DNA of 64,000 nucleotides from Monocercomonoides exilis PA203 (lineage: Eukaryota > Protista > Preaxostyla), in assembly GCA_001643675.2 (NCBI GenBank), contig LSRY02000011.1, forward strand, positions 1,116,001 through 1,180,000, written 5' to 3'. Shown here piece by piece: positions 24,501 through 36,353 of this stretch (positions are counted from its first letter, which is position 1; the number at the start of each line of letters is the position of its first letter). Position numbers and translations under genes: made by a program. The notes beneath the pieces were generated by a model. That model had not been told where the DNA came from. It ran no database searches and saw nothing but the letters and a program-made list of their open reading frames with translations.

Positions 24501-26893
24501 GCGGAGCTCGCTGCCAATCCGCTCTGCTTAGCGCCTGCGATGCAGTCGGTGAGGGACAACGAGGTTGCGCTGACGGTGCGGCACTACACTTCCCTCCGGT
24601 ACGACCAGAACGCGCCGCCGATGAAGATTTCGTGCGGAGTCGTTGAGCAGGACAATTCCGGCTGCTCGGCGAGCGGCTCGTTTGTGGCAGGCAAAGACGG
24701 GGCGCTGTCGCAAGTGGCGACGATGCAGATTCAGCCGACGAATGCGCAGATAATGGCAGCGATCGGCACAACTGTGACAGTCGATGGGCGGTTAGGCATA
24801 GGCGAGCTGGCGCAGGCTGTGGAGTCTGTGGCAGAGCGGCAGTTCGGGAAAGGGGCGCCGGAGCTGCTGAATCTGTTCAGTTTGAGTGCGAAGAACCAGC
24901 TTGCGCTGATTCCGAGTGTGACAAGGGAGCGTATCTGGGGCATTGTGGATCCGTATGTGCTCGAGCCGGGAATGTCGAATGTGGCGAGCTGTCTGCACCA
25001 GATTGTGTACTACAGAGTGGACGAGTCGGTTTACAGGCTGAGGGAGAAGGGGATTACGAACGTGACTGTCTGGGCGGCGGGGGGGACAGCACAGGTGGGA
25101 GAGTTTATTGTGTCAGCGAGGCAGAAGAAGAATGTGAAGAGGAAGAAGATGATGGAGATGAAAAGGGAAAGGGAAAGGGAAACGGGAAAGGAAAAAATGG
25201 ATGAAGCGAAAGAGACTGCAGAAGAGTCCGAGAACAAATCATCTTCAGCTTTGATTGAGAACCAGAGCGAAGAGGAAGAAGTGGAGTGGAAAGGGAGGGC
25301 AACAGACTGTGTCACTGTTGGTGAGTTTCTGCAGCGTGTGCGGCAGGAAATGATGAGCAGCGGGCTGAGCCAGTTTTCGTGGACAGTTTCGGAGGAGCTG
25401 CAGAGGAAAAGAGAGGCGAATTTTGGAGGCTTTGCAGATGCGCCTGTGAGAAAGTCGATGGAATCTCAGTCGTTGTACAAGACGATTTCAGATTTGAGGA
25501 GACAGAATACTTCGAGTGTGCTTCTGGACAGAAAGAAAGAGAGGAAAGAGAAAGAGAAAGAGAAAGAGAAAGAGAAAGAGAAAGAGAAAGAAAGGGAAAA
25601 GGAAAAGGAGAAGGAGAAGGAAAATGAGAAAGCGAAGGAAAGCATGGCTGCTAAAGTTGAAGAGGACAAAAGCGAAGGAGACGAGGAAGAAGAAGATGAC
25701 GATGATAAAAAAGATGATTCGTCTTCCATTACATCATTAGATGAAAGCGAAGATGAAAAGAAGAAGAAGAAGAAAGAAAAGAAGAAGGAAAAGAAGGAAA
25801 AGAAAAGCCAAAAGAAGAAAGAGAAGAAAGAGAGAAAGAAAAAAGAAAAGAGAGAAAGAAAAGAGAAACGAAAGAAAGAGGCGAAGGAGCTTAAAAAGAG
25901 CGACATCCAAGAAGAGGACGTGACTGAAGACTCGACTGAGATGTCAACAGACCGGCTTTCACTGTCCAGCACCATTTCACATAGCACTCGGAGCTCTTTC
26001 GGCTTTCGCCCGGTGCGGCTGCTGAGAGAGGCAGAGATTCAGACGCTTCCCTTGAGGCTGGTGATGTTCCCGACCTGCTTTGTGCGCCCTGGTTGCATCG
26101 TGCCGGAAAACTACCCGGCGACTTGTCTTTTGAATGACCAGTGCTGGTTCAGAGTGGAGGTGTGCTGAAGAAATTGTTGTTTGTGGTAGCTTATCATGGG
26201 CTTTAATTGTTTTTGTATTTTACTATGAATTGATATGTATATATTCATGATGACTGCGTAATTATTATTGTTATTAATTTATTAATCAAACAAATTTAGA
26301 TTGTCCCACCTGATCATATTGCATTGGATCCATCTCAATCGAGATTGCTTTCGTTGTATTTTGTGGAGTCAGATATGAACACTATTTCTCACAAAGAGTA
26401 CTCAACTTTTGTTGTATTAAATAGGGTTTGGAATTTCATTTTTTAATTGCTTTAATAAAGTTATTTTTTTCTTTTCTTTTCTTTTTAAAAACTCTTTGAT
26501 GATTGAAATTTCTTTGTAAAACATTTGTTGACAAATATTTTGTGACTGCACTTTTTCTCATTTTTTCGTAATTTTTCAAATTATAACTCATGTTATCTTT
26601 TTTCAAACAAAAATTTTCAAAAATTTCAGGGAGAAAACCTTTCTGCGCTGTTCAACCGCATTTTCCAAATTGCACAATTGCGTCTCATGCACGATTCTTG
26701 TAGCCGTGCCACTGTTTCCTTCATGTCGCCCAACCGAATCATCTTTCGGCCTGAAGACATCAGCAAAAATCCAGAGGCTGTGTGGAAATACATCTCCACT
26801 ATCCTAATTGAAGAGAAAAAAGAAGTCAAAGAAGTGATGCCGAGAACTCCTTCTCGTTCGTTGATTAAACAGAAGTCAATTGTCATTCATTGA
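18578..26893 (+). CDS. USP7/UBP15-like ubiquitin-specific protease (MATH + peptidase C19 + degenerate UBL region), multi-exon; 5' start unresolved
   Basis: MATH-like exons (YSPVIEAFGLNW; HYFRLAERDRGFTEF); Cys box GLENQGATCYLNSLLQTLF (~19310); FGWTSGESFEQHDVQEMNRVL (~20035); DNKYNAEGYGLQ; His box [42 protein letters not shown]; ends KSIVIH*. Several GT-AG introns. Confidence 0.85.
19825..19872. repeat. (CT)n microsatellite in an intron
   Basis: Direct reading. Confidence 0.9.
20662..20718. repeat. 10-bp tandem repeat (TCTTTCCTTA), about 5 copies, in an intron
   Basis: Direct reading. Confidence 0.85.
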
Positions 26894-27718
26894 ACATAAA
26901 CTGCTTTTTTTACCTCTCGTATTCCTCTGTAAAAGAAGTCATAGGAACTTTTTCTTTGTTTCTTTCTTTTTTTAAAGATGCTAAATATTGTTTTAATATC
27001 TGCTTTTTGTGATTTATTTTTTATTGAATTTTTTGGTGGACTTTGAGCAATTTTACGTTCAATATTATTTTTTTTTATTTGGTTATTTTTTGACGTTTTG
27101 GCGAAGGCAGAAAACATGCAATCCAAAAGAAAAGACTTCAAATTTTGTGTCATCCATTTTTTTGGTGGAGTAAATCATTTTTTAAAACAGACTGTTTGTC
27201 ATTCAATAAATGCTGGTCAGCATATTATTCGCCAAAAGTACAGTGCTGGAAGCATGAAAATGAAAAAAAAAATAAATTAAAAACCACATTTCGAATAAGT
27301 TTTATTCGAAAAGAATCAAAAAAAAAAAAAATTAATCAAAAACAAAAAGCCTCAAAACACAAGTCAGTTGAGGCGAAACATCACAACTGCTTTGAATGGA
27401 TCTCGTTTCAACAACAACTTTACAATTAAAAAATGAAAAGGACAATAGATCAGTTGTTTTATTAAGAGTTTATCAAAAGGATAAAAGCACTTTTGCTCAA
27501 AACACAAAAAAGAAAAGGAAAAATAAAAAAATAAAAAAAGAATTTATCAACATTCTAACTATTCAACAAAACTACAAAGATTAACAAAATAACGTATGTT
27601 TAAATAAAATGAAATAAAGTTAGTAATTTCAAAAAAATTCCGCTTAAATATTTTAGAATTCAGCCAACAGCGCAATCGCTTCAATCAAAAAACCAAATTC
27701 TCTTTAGCATTCCTTGTT

Positions 27719-29972
27719 TCAGTGATGCGCAGCCAAATTCAACTGTTCCTCTTCTTCTTCTTCTTCGTCTGGAAGGTCATCAATAATCTGCTGTTGCTGA
27801 TTTCTCCGTGCCATGCAGAGCGAACACACACACATCACAATCATCAGCAGCAGCACAACTCCCACCACAACATACACCACAATCGCCACCGTGTTCACTG
27901 GCACAGGCTTCTTAAACTCCGCAAACGTAATCCGCACAGTCGATGTCGCAGGCTGAGAGGTGTTTGTTAGCTGCATCGAACCAAAATACAGTATACCCGA
28001 AGAAGGTGTCAAATACATCAGCGTTTCCGCATCCGCCCCTCCTCCAAACACTTCCATGGCCTCTGCAAACTTCCCATTCCTCAGCCCCGTTTTGTCTTCC
28101 TTCAGAGTCGTGTTGAAGTTGTACCGGAAAGTTATACCTCGAGTCGATGCATCTGCTCCGTTCGGTATTACTCGCTTGTTTTCGGGAAGCAGATTTGCCT
28201 TTCCGCCAGGCGTCCCCACGGCAAGTTCAGTTGCTGCCCCGTCGTACGAAAGTGACTCGCCAAAACGGCAGTGTATCACTTTTTCGCAGCCAGCGCTGGG
28301 CTTCAGCGCATAGTTGTCGCATTCCACAGGAGCAGAGGAAAGGAGATGAAAAGGCATTTTAGGAGAATTGTAAGAAGAAGAAGAAGACTGAGATTCTGCA
28401 GTAGAAGATGGTTGTTGATGATTGGGTGTTGTGAATGATGAAGATTGAAATTTACTTGATGTGATGGAAGTGGAATATAACTGTTGATTGAAAGATCCTT
28501 CATTTGTGGTTGGAGGGCATTTCATTGAATTCAGCAGCACATAAACCAATCCTTCGCCTTCATTCATTCGCGGAGCACCAACAAAAATTGACTGTCCGTC
28601 AAGAGAGCACATTGTGGAAACTCCAAATTGTCCTGTAATAAGCGCATCTGGTGCAATTGCTGACAATTTGTGTGATGTAGAAATGGCGTTTTGATTGATT
28701 GACATGTGGAAATTCAAGTGAGATGGCTTTGTTTGAAGTGTTGAAGCGGATGATGAGATGGCATTGTTTTCGATGAAATATGAAAGCGCTGAGGATTCAG
28801 AGGCTAACACATCAGAAGACGATGCTGTGTTGTCCTTTACAGTCAAATATTGCACGGCACACAGCAAAGATGGAGCAGAAAAAGAAGCAGATGTTTTGTG
28901 AAATGTATTTTCATTGAGAAGTGAAGCCTGTGATATGTGTTGAGTCTGTGATTCAGACGTAGGCAATGGTTGAAGTGACTTCGGATCAATCATCAGAAGA
29001 GCAACAGCAGGTGAAGCATATCCACCAACAATCAGTCCCAAAGAATTTCCGCTGACGCTTGCTCCGAATCGCGGAGACTGTGCACCATCAAACTTCAATA
29101 TTACATCCAAAGAATGGCTTGTGTCAGCTAATAAAACGGAAAAATTCCATAAATTTAATTTAAAAAAATTCAAAAATTTTTGAAAATTCATTCACAATTC
29201 AAAAAAGATGGATCATACAATCGCGTATGTTATAAATATGCACTGCCCCAACAACATTTCTCGCATTGGACATGAAAGTTGTTCCATCGTTTTCTGCAGG
29301 GGAGCCAATTCCAAGAATCCCATCAAATGTGCAAAAAACGCTCGTTCCAAACATTGCATGCGGGTGACTATATTGTCTCACCAATGTTGTTTCTAAAGTC
29401 ATATGGTACGAAAATGATTAAATTTCATTAAAAAAATTAGTTTGAAAACTTCCAGTAACTTCATCAAATGTATATACAAATACATATGACATTGTCGTAT
29501 CTTCAGTGAGAGCTTCTGCTAAGCCTCTTGTTGAGTTGACATCGCATTTTCTTGTTGAACCAGTAATTCCAGATGGAGCACTTATAACAACGATACGTGA
29601 ATTAAGAGCTTCAGAAAAAGAGGAATGAACGCTAAATCCAAATGAATTGCAAGCTACATTATCAGGAGGAACAATTGTTGTCGCGTAATTAAAACTTGGC
29701 TGTTCCTCATTGTAATAATAAAGATGAACGCATCCTTTTCCATTATTACTTCCATCTGCAATTGTTTGAAACGATCAAACGATTGTTAAATTTATTAATA
29801 TATCAATGAATTTCATACGATCACTAACTGCAATCCAATAATAAGATAAGAATTGAAGATTATCCCCAAATGAAACGCTTGGATAGTCTTGAGGAGGGGA
29901 TACACTCCATGTTGAAATTGCATGCAATATATGAATGGTAGCCAAGACAATTAATAAAGTACTCAAAATCAT
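27719..29972 (-). CDS. Type I membrane protein with FG-GAP (integrin-alpha-like beta-propeller) repeats, about 4 exons
   Basis: Signal peptide MILSTLLIVLATIHILHA; repeats FGDNL..IAVS, FGFSV..VVISAP, FGTSV..LGIGSP..GAVHIY, FGASVS..LIVGG, FGVST..IFVGAP..GEGLVYV, FGESLS..LAVGTP; C-terminal TM VAIVVYVVVGVVLLLMIVMCVC and an acidic tail. Confidence 0.75.
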
Positions 29973-30352
29973 TTTATTCAAACAAATAAAAGAAAAACAA
30001 AAATAAAAATATACAATTATGGGCTTTTATTCAATAAAGTTCAAAATTTGACAAAATGTCTCGTTGTGTATATGCGGTGTTAAGTCATTCTATTTGAAAA
30101 AAATAAGAAAAGAATACACAAAAAAACATAATAAAGATATTGAAAAAATGAAATTCTATTTTTCATTCCCAAATATTAATCTAGAATATTTTAAAATAAT
30201 ATTGAAAAGCTCTCGGAACAAAAGGAATGTCAAATTTTTCTCAACTCACCGATTTCTATAAAAATAACTAATCTAATATAACTATTAATCATGAAGAAAT
30301 TAAAAAGGAGGTAAAGAAGCCAAATTTAGAGTGATCATTAAAATATTACTAA

Positions 30353-33300
30353 TTATTCTAATGGAACTATTTTGAAAAGAAGAGTATTGACGAGCACTTT
30401 GTTGCCTGTCTTCACAAGCACTCCCATCACTTTCCCATCAAACGGTGCCTCCAGCATCACGTCCATCTTCATTGCAGTGATCTTTCCAATCACCTGCCCT
30501 TTCTTAACAGTATCTCCAGTAGCAACTTTAATCTCGCTCACAATACCTGGCATTGGTGCTGCAAACTGTGTCTTGTCCTTCAAGTCTGCTTTTGTTCCGA
30601 CAACAGCTGCCTCCAACTTCGCCTCTGTCTTCACCACAAACTCCACCCCGTTCACTTTGATGATCACCTTCCGTGTGGAATCAGCATCAATTGGAGTGAT
30701 TCTTGCAAGCTCAACATTCAGTTCAACCATTTCTCCGCTCTTTGCATCGCTGGGTGTGGTCGATGATGAAACAGATGATGATGAAGGTGTCAATGAAAGA
30801 ACAGCCTTCAGATCTTCGTCGATTCTTTCAGCTGGCACACGAATAGTCACTTTTTGCCCAACTTCCATTCCGTAGAAGAAGACTGGAGTGGGAACAAACG
30901 TTGCCATCGTCCCGAACTGCTCCACAAACTTCAGATACCCTTCAAACACAGGCGGGTACATGATGTGCGAGATCACGTCCCTGTCTGTCGGCTCTCTCTT
31001 CAAACGCTCATTCAGCATCTCCCGCAGCTTCCCAAAGTCGATTGGCGGAAGCGCTTCTTCTTTGCCTCTGATCTTCTCGCCTTTCAGCACTCTGTCTCTC
31101 AGCGCAAGGAACTCTGGCGACAACTGAAATGGCTCTCTCCAGTGGTGCGGGTATCCCAGATTCCCTTTGAACAGCCCTTTCACAGACTCTGGGTACGTGA
31201 TGTCGATCTTCCCTTCCATCACGTCCTTCGTCGTCAGCCCTTTCCCCAGCAGGAACAGTGCCAAATCTCCCACACACTTCGATGAAGGAGTCACTTTGAT
31301 AAGGTTCCCCAGTATTTTGTTGCAGTCTCTGTACATGTCGAGTGCCTGGTCCCATTTGTCCCAGATGTTCAGTGCTTTGCTCTGCATCAGCAGATTCGAG
31401 TACTGTCCTCCGGGAATCTCGTGATCATACACACGCGCCGTCGACGCCAGCTGCCCGCTCTCGAGATGCTGATAATACGAACGCACCACTCCGAAATAGC
31501 TAGCCAGTGGCTCCACTGCACGGAACGGGATCAGCGCTGGACGTGGCGACCGCTCAGTTGCAGCCAGAAACGCATTCAGCGACGGCTGCGATGTCAGGTC
31601 AGACATGGAAGAGATCGCCAGATCGATGATCTCGCATCCGTGCTGCGCCATCATCAGGCACGTCGCCAGCGCATTCCCTGACGTGTTGTGCGTGTGGAAG
31701 TGGATGGGCAGGTTCGTCACTTCACGAAGCTTCTTCATGAACGGCTCGGCATTCTGAGGCTTCAGAAGACCTGCCATATCTTTGATTCCGAGAATGTGTG
31801 CTCCGATTCCTTCAATCTCCTTTGCCAGTGATGCATAGTAATCGAGAGTGTAGATCTTCTCGTTTGGATCCATAAAGTCGCTCGTGTAGCAAATGCACAC
31901 TTCAGCAATCTTGTTCGCTTTGATCACAGCCTTTGTGGCTGACTTCATCTTCTCCACATCGTTGAAGCAATCGAAGATTCTGAACACATCAATTCCAGCC
32001 TCCGCTGCCACTCTGCAGAACTCCTCCACTGCGTTGTCTGGGTAGTTTGTGTAGCCCACCACATTGCTTCCTCTCAGCAGCGCCTGGAAGCACACATTCG
32101 GAATACGCTTCCTCAGCTCTCGCACTCTTTCCCACGGGTCTTCCTTCAGGAATCTCAATGCAACGTCGAACGTTGCTCCTCCCCACATCTCCAGTGAGAA
32201 CGCATTGTTCATCACTTTGCTCATCTCGTCTGCTGCACCTACCATATCGTTTGTCCGCATACGAGTTGCCAGTAGTGACTGATGCGCATCTCTCAATGTG
32301 GTGTCTGTGACAAGCACCCTCTTCTCGCGATTCGCCATAATCCAGTCCTTCACTGCATTTGGTCCCTTTGCATCCAAAATAGATTTGGCGTTCTCCTTTG
32401 TCAATTCCTTCTGCTCTGATGTAAGTGTTTCGTTGTATTCCTCAAGAACTTTTGTCGATTGCTCTGATGGCAGGCAAGGTCGGGTCTGGAACGAGGCTGT
32501 TTTTCCTGATTTGAACTGTGATTGAGGCGCATTCATAATCAGGTCGCACAAATACTTCACAAACTTTGGCGCTTCTGGTGATGCTTTGCGTGGAGGACGT
32601 TCAACTGCTGGCTTTGCGGCTTCTTCTTCTTTAAATTTGGCAATAATTGCTGGGTCAAGTTTCAGAAACGGTCCCATCTTTCTGAAGCGGTTGTAACGAT
32701 GCTCAACAAGCGCATCCTGGCTCATTCCGTCGTATTTTTCCAATTCAGTCCACAGCCAGGTGACTAAACGCTTCTTCAATTGTGGGTATTCCATGTATGT
32801 TTCTCTCTTTCTGCCAAGATCCTCTTCTTCCCAGATAATTCCGTCAATAGTTCCTTTTTCAAGAAGCTGATCTGCGTAGATCTGTTGCACTTTAGCCAAT
32901 TCTGCTGCATCCTTTGGAAATTGCTCTGCTTTGTGTTTGTCGTCTTTGTATCTTCCCAGAATCGATGCTGCGCCTTCTGGAGAAATGACGCCATACCATG
33001 CAGATGAGAACATTGACACGCTATTTCCCATCCCAAGACCGATTGCACCACCACTTCCACCTTCACCCAGAATGCACGTCAGCAAAGGCACCTTCAGCGA
33101 CGACATCCGACGAAGGTTCGAAGAAATGGCTTCACTTTGTCCTTCAGTCTCAGCAGCGAACGAGGGCTCTGCTCCAACGGTATCAACCAAAGTCACACAT
33201 GGAATGTTAAAATGTTCGGCAAGCTCAAAAAGTCTATATGCAGCGCGATATCCGTGTGGTGTGGCCATCCCATAGCCCATCGACGCAAACTCTCCTTGCG

Positions 33301-34369
33301 TGTGTGCTTTGAACGTTCCAATCACAACAACTGTTCTGCCGCAGTGGCACTTTTTCTCTTCTTTTTCTTCCTCTCCTTTCTTGCAGCAGCTCTCACAGCA
33401 AATTGGGAGGCGTGCAAGCCCACCATGGATGCAGGAATCTGTACCAATTTTTCCATCTCCGTTCAGCTCTACATAATCCTCAAGCACATTGAAGCAGATA
33501 TCTTGTGCTTGGATACGATCAAGCATTCTTCCACGGTTGAAATCTTTCTGCTCAATAACCCTTTTTGTTGTGAACTGCTCCTCTTCACTCAGCGCCGGGA
33601 GCTCCTTTGGCTTCATGTCCTTATGAGTATTTATAAGTAAATTAAAAATTTGTTCAACAAGGTTGATGGCCTCTGCCTCTGAACCAACAAGGAGATCAAG
33701 CTGACCATGCTCGTACAAGAACTGAGCTGACTGAAATCCTGAAGGGCATGCTCTATCGTATTGATTTTGTTTTTGGTTGTACATTGTGTTCAGAATAACA
33801 CCAGGTCCAGCAAATCCAATTCTAGCTCCTCGAATTCCGATTCTAACGTCCGCCTGCATCGCATACGACGCGCTCACTCCACCATATGTGGGGTCTTCAA
33901 ACAGGGTGATGAATGGAAGTCCTGCCTTTTTGTGAGCAGCTGCTGCAACCGAGACTTTTGCCATCATCATCAGCGCAACTGTTCCTTCTTGCATCCGGAC
34001 GCCTCCTGATCTTGTAGAAATCACAATTCCAAGCTTGTTTGCTGTTGCATACTCAAATGCAAGTGTCAGCTTTTCTCCTTCTGCGCACCCCAGCGAGCCT
34101 CCAAACACTTTGAAATCCATGTCTGCCCGCACATATTTCAGACCCTAACGCACAAGCATTCGCATAAGCAAGCAAAAATGTTACTTATCAACAAAAGTTT
34201 GCTTTCATACCTCGTGCTCCACAACAAACGCTCGGACACCGCAAAGTGTTTCTGTTTTTGCAATCTCCGTTTTAATTGCAGCTTCATATGGCTTTGCTCC
34301 AAATGAAAACTTCAAAAAATCTGTTGGGGCAATATCTTCGAAAAGAGGTTGCTTTTTAATATCAGACAT
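30353..34369 (-). CDS. Biotin-dependent transcarboxylase-like fusion: AccD + AccA carboxyltransferase, pyruvate-carboxylase CT domain and biotinyl domain; no biotin carboxylase
   Basis: AccD motifs GGSLG..GEK, SGGVRMQEG, PTYGGVSAS, IGFAGP; AccA motifs DTVGA..E..GQSEAI, GEGGSGGA, VISPEGAASIL; PC-CT motifs DTTLRDAHQSLLATRM, WGGATFDV, KDMAGLL, HFHTHNT, HEIPGGQYSN, IKVTPSSK; biotin site AMKM. ATG at 34369, one GT-AG intron 34210-34145. Confidence 0.93.
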
Positions 34370-34869
34370 TTTACGAATCCTATATTTTTTTCGATGTAAC
34401 CATTATGTATATTTCAATGAAAAAAAAGAAATATTTGTGGAAATTGTTGCACATCAATAGGGCAATTGATACTCATCAAATAATACATAAAAAAATTCAA
34501 CAACAACCTCTGAAATGATTTATATAATTATGGTTAGAAAATTTTTGGTATTTTCCATGTTATCGTTAAAGTTTTTGTTGCGAAGAAATATATTTTTGGT
34601 TATCAAAAACTGAGATATATATATGTTGTACTTTATTATTTTTGTTCATTTCCTTGTTGTTTGAGGTTTTGTATTTTCAGTATCACGCAATGTGTTTTAG
34701 TTTTTATAGCGTTTTTTTAATTTTTTTCAACATCCATAAAAACTGTACTGGAATTAAAGGTAAACGAGAAATCGATGCTTCAAAAGAAAGTTCAACAGAA
34801 ACAGCAAAATCTTTTACCTCTCAAAAGAACAGATTATAAGATTTCGTCTTTTGTCACGAAAATTTGACA

Positions 34870-36160
34870 AATCCACATCAACAAATGGATATTATTTGGA
34901 AAATGGAAGCATCAAAAATTGGGATATGCGTTCGAATCACTTTTTCGATTTAGCATTTATAAATGTCACACATTGAATTTTCAGGATATCGGAAAGAATC
35001 CTGTAATTCTTTCAGAAACTCCATGGAATAAAGGACAGTCTCGAATGAAACAAATGAAAATATTGTTTGAATCGTTAGGAACGAAGATGGGTTTTATTGC
35101 ACGAACGTCGTCGCTTGCTGCATTTTCTTCTGGAAGGCTAACAGGAATGGTTCTCGATATTGGGCATCATTCGACAGACGTTTCACCTATTGTTGATGGC
35201 TTTTCCCTTTCTTGGAATGTTGAGTGTTCTGCAATTGAAGGTGAAATATTTTCAAAAGCTCTTGCAAAATGGCTTGAAGCGAATGATATTGAAAATAATC
35301 CGGTATATGAACGAAAAAGTGGGGAGAACACGAAAGGAAAGACTGGACCAATGCACTCTTCATCATCAGCTACTCCTTCATCATCGTCTTCTGCTTCCGC
35401 ATCTTCCAACCAACCTTTGAACCAACTTCATGATTTATCTCAATTCACAAAGTCATATCTCACATATCAGACATTATCCGCAATCGAAGCTATAATGGAA
35501 TCGACAATTTCACTAAAGCCATCACCAGCAGGATCAACAACACTGGCGGATTGTGATATTCACTATGAACTGTCAAATAGGCAGGCGATTGATATAAACG
35601 CAGGATCATGTCTTTCCAAAGAGACATTGTAGAACCTGTAGTGTTGGGTCTCATTTTACGAACATGCAATGAAATACAGATCATCTTTAAATTCTTTGAT
35701 GGTTTTGGAAATTCATTGGATGGTAAATGAATTAAAAATATATTGTCTATTATTCTTGAAGGGAAACTACTTCTCAGATATCACTTTCCTTTTAACAGAT
35801 GAGGATTCTTTCGTCCATCGAAGAAATAGGTCTTTAAAAGTCTCAAAGCCTCGCCTCAAAATAAACATCCTGCTTTGTGAATGAAAGTCAAACAATCTGA
35901 AACAAATTGTGGAGCAATCTGCTTGTGATAGACTGGGGATCGTACATGAAGGGCTTTTCCGACGGTTTGTGCAAGAAGTCGATGCACACGCCCCTGCCTC
36001 TGTGAGAGCGAAGGTCATTGCATCAACCATCCTCGAAAAAAGAAAGGTTACAATATGAATTGGTGGATTGCCGTTGGGATCTCTTGAAAATTTTACCCAG
36101 AAATGAGAATCAAAGGCAGAATATGACGAAGTCAGTCCATCAAATGTTAAAAAGTGATGC
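34870..36160 (+). pseudogene. Actin-related protein (Arp4/BAF53-like) pseudogene, frameshifted
   Basis: ENGSIKNWD (frameshift at ~34925) AFESLF; PVILSETPWN..ILFE; AAFSSGRLTGMVLDIGHHSTDVSPIVDG; C-terminal WIGG..GSL and SKAEYDE fragments broken by stops/frameshifts; no N-terminal DxGS motif seen. Confidence 0.7.
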
Positions 36161-36353
36161 TTATGTTGATGCGTTCATTTCATCTTCTTTCACATTTCAG
36201 AAAAGCACTTCGCCACTTCTTTTAAATTTTTGGATTTTGATTCTATTAATGTTATATTCATGTAAATATAAACATAAATTTCTTCTTTTTTCGACCCATT
36301 ACGATTTCTTTCATTGTGTGATCTGAACATTTATTTATTTGAACTTGTTTGTT

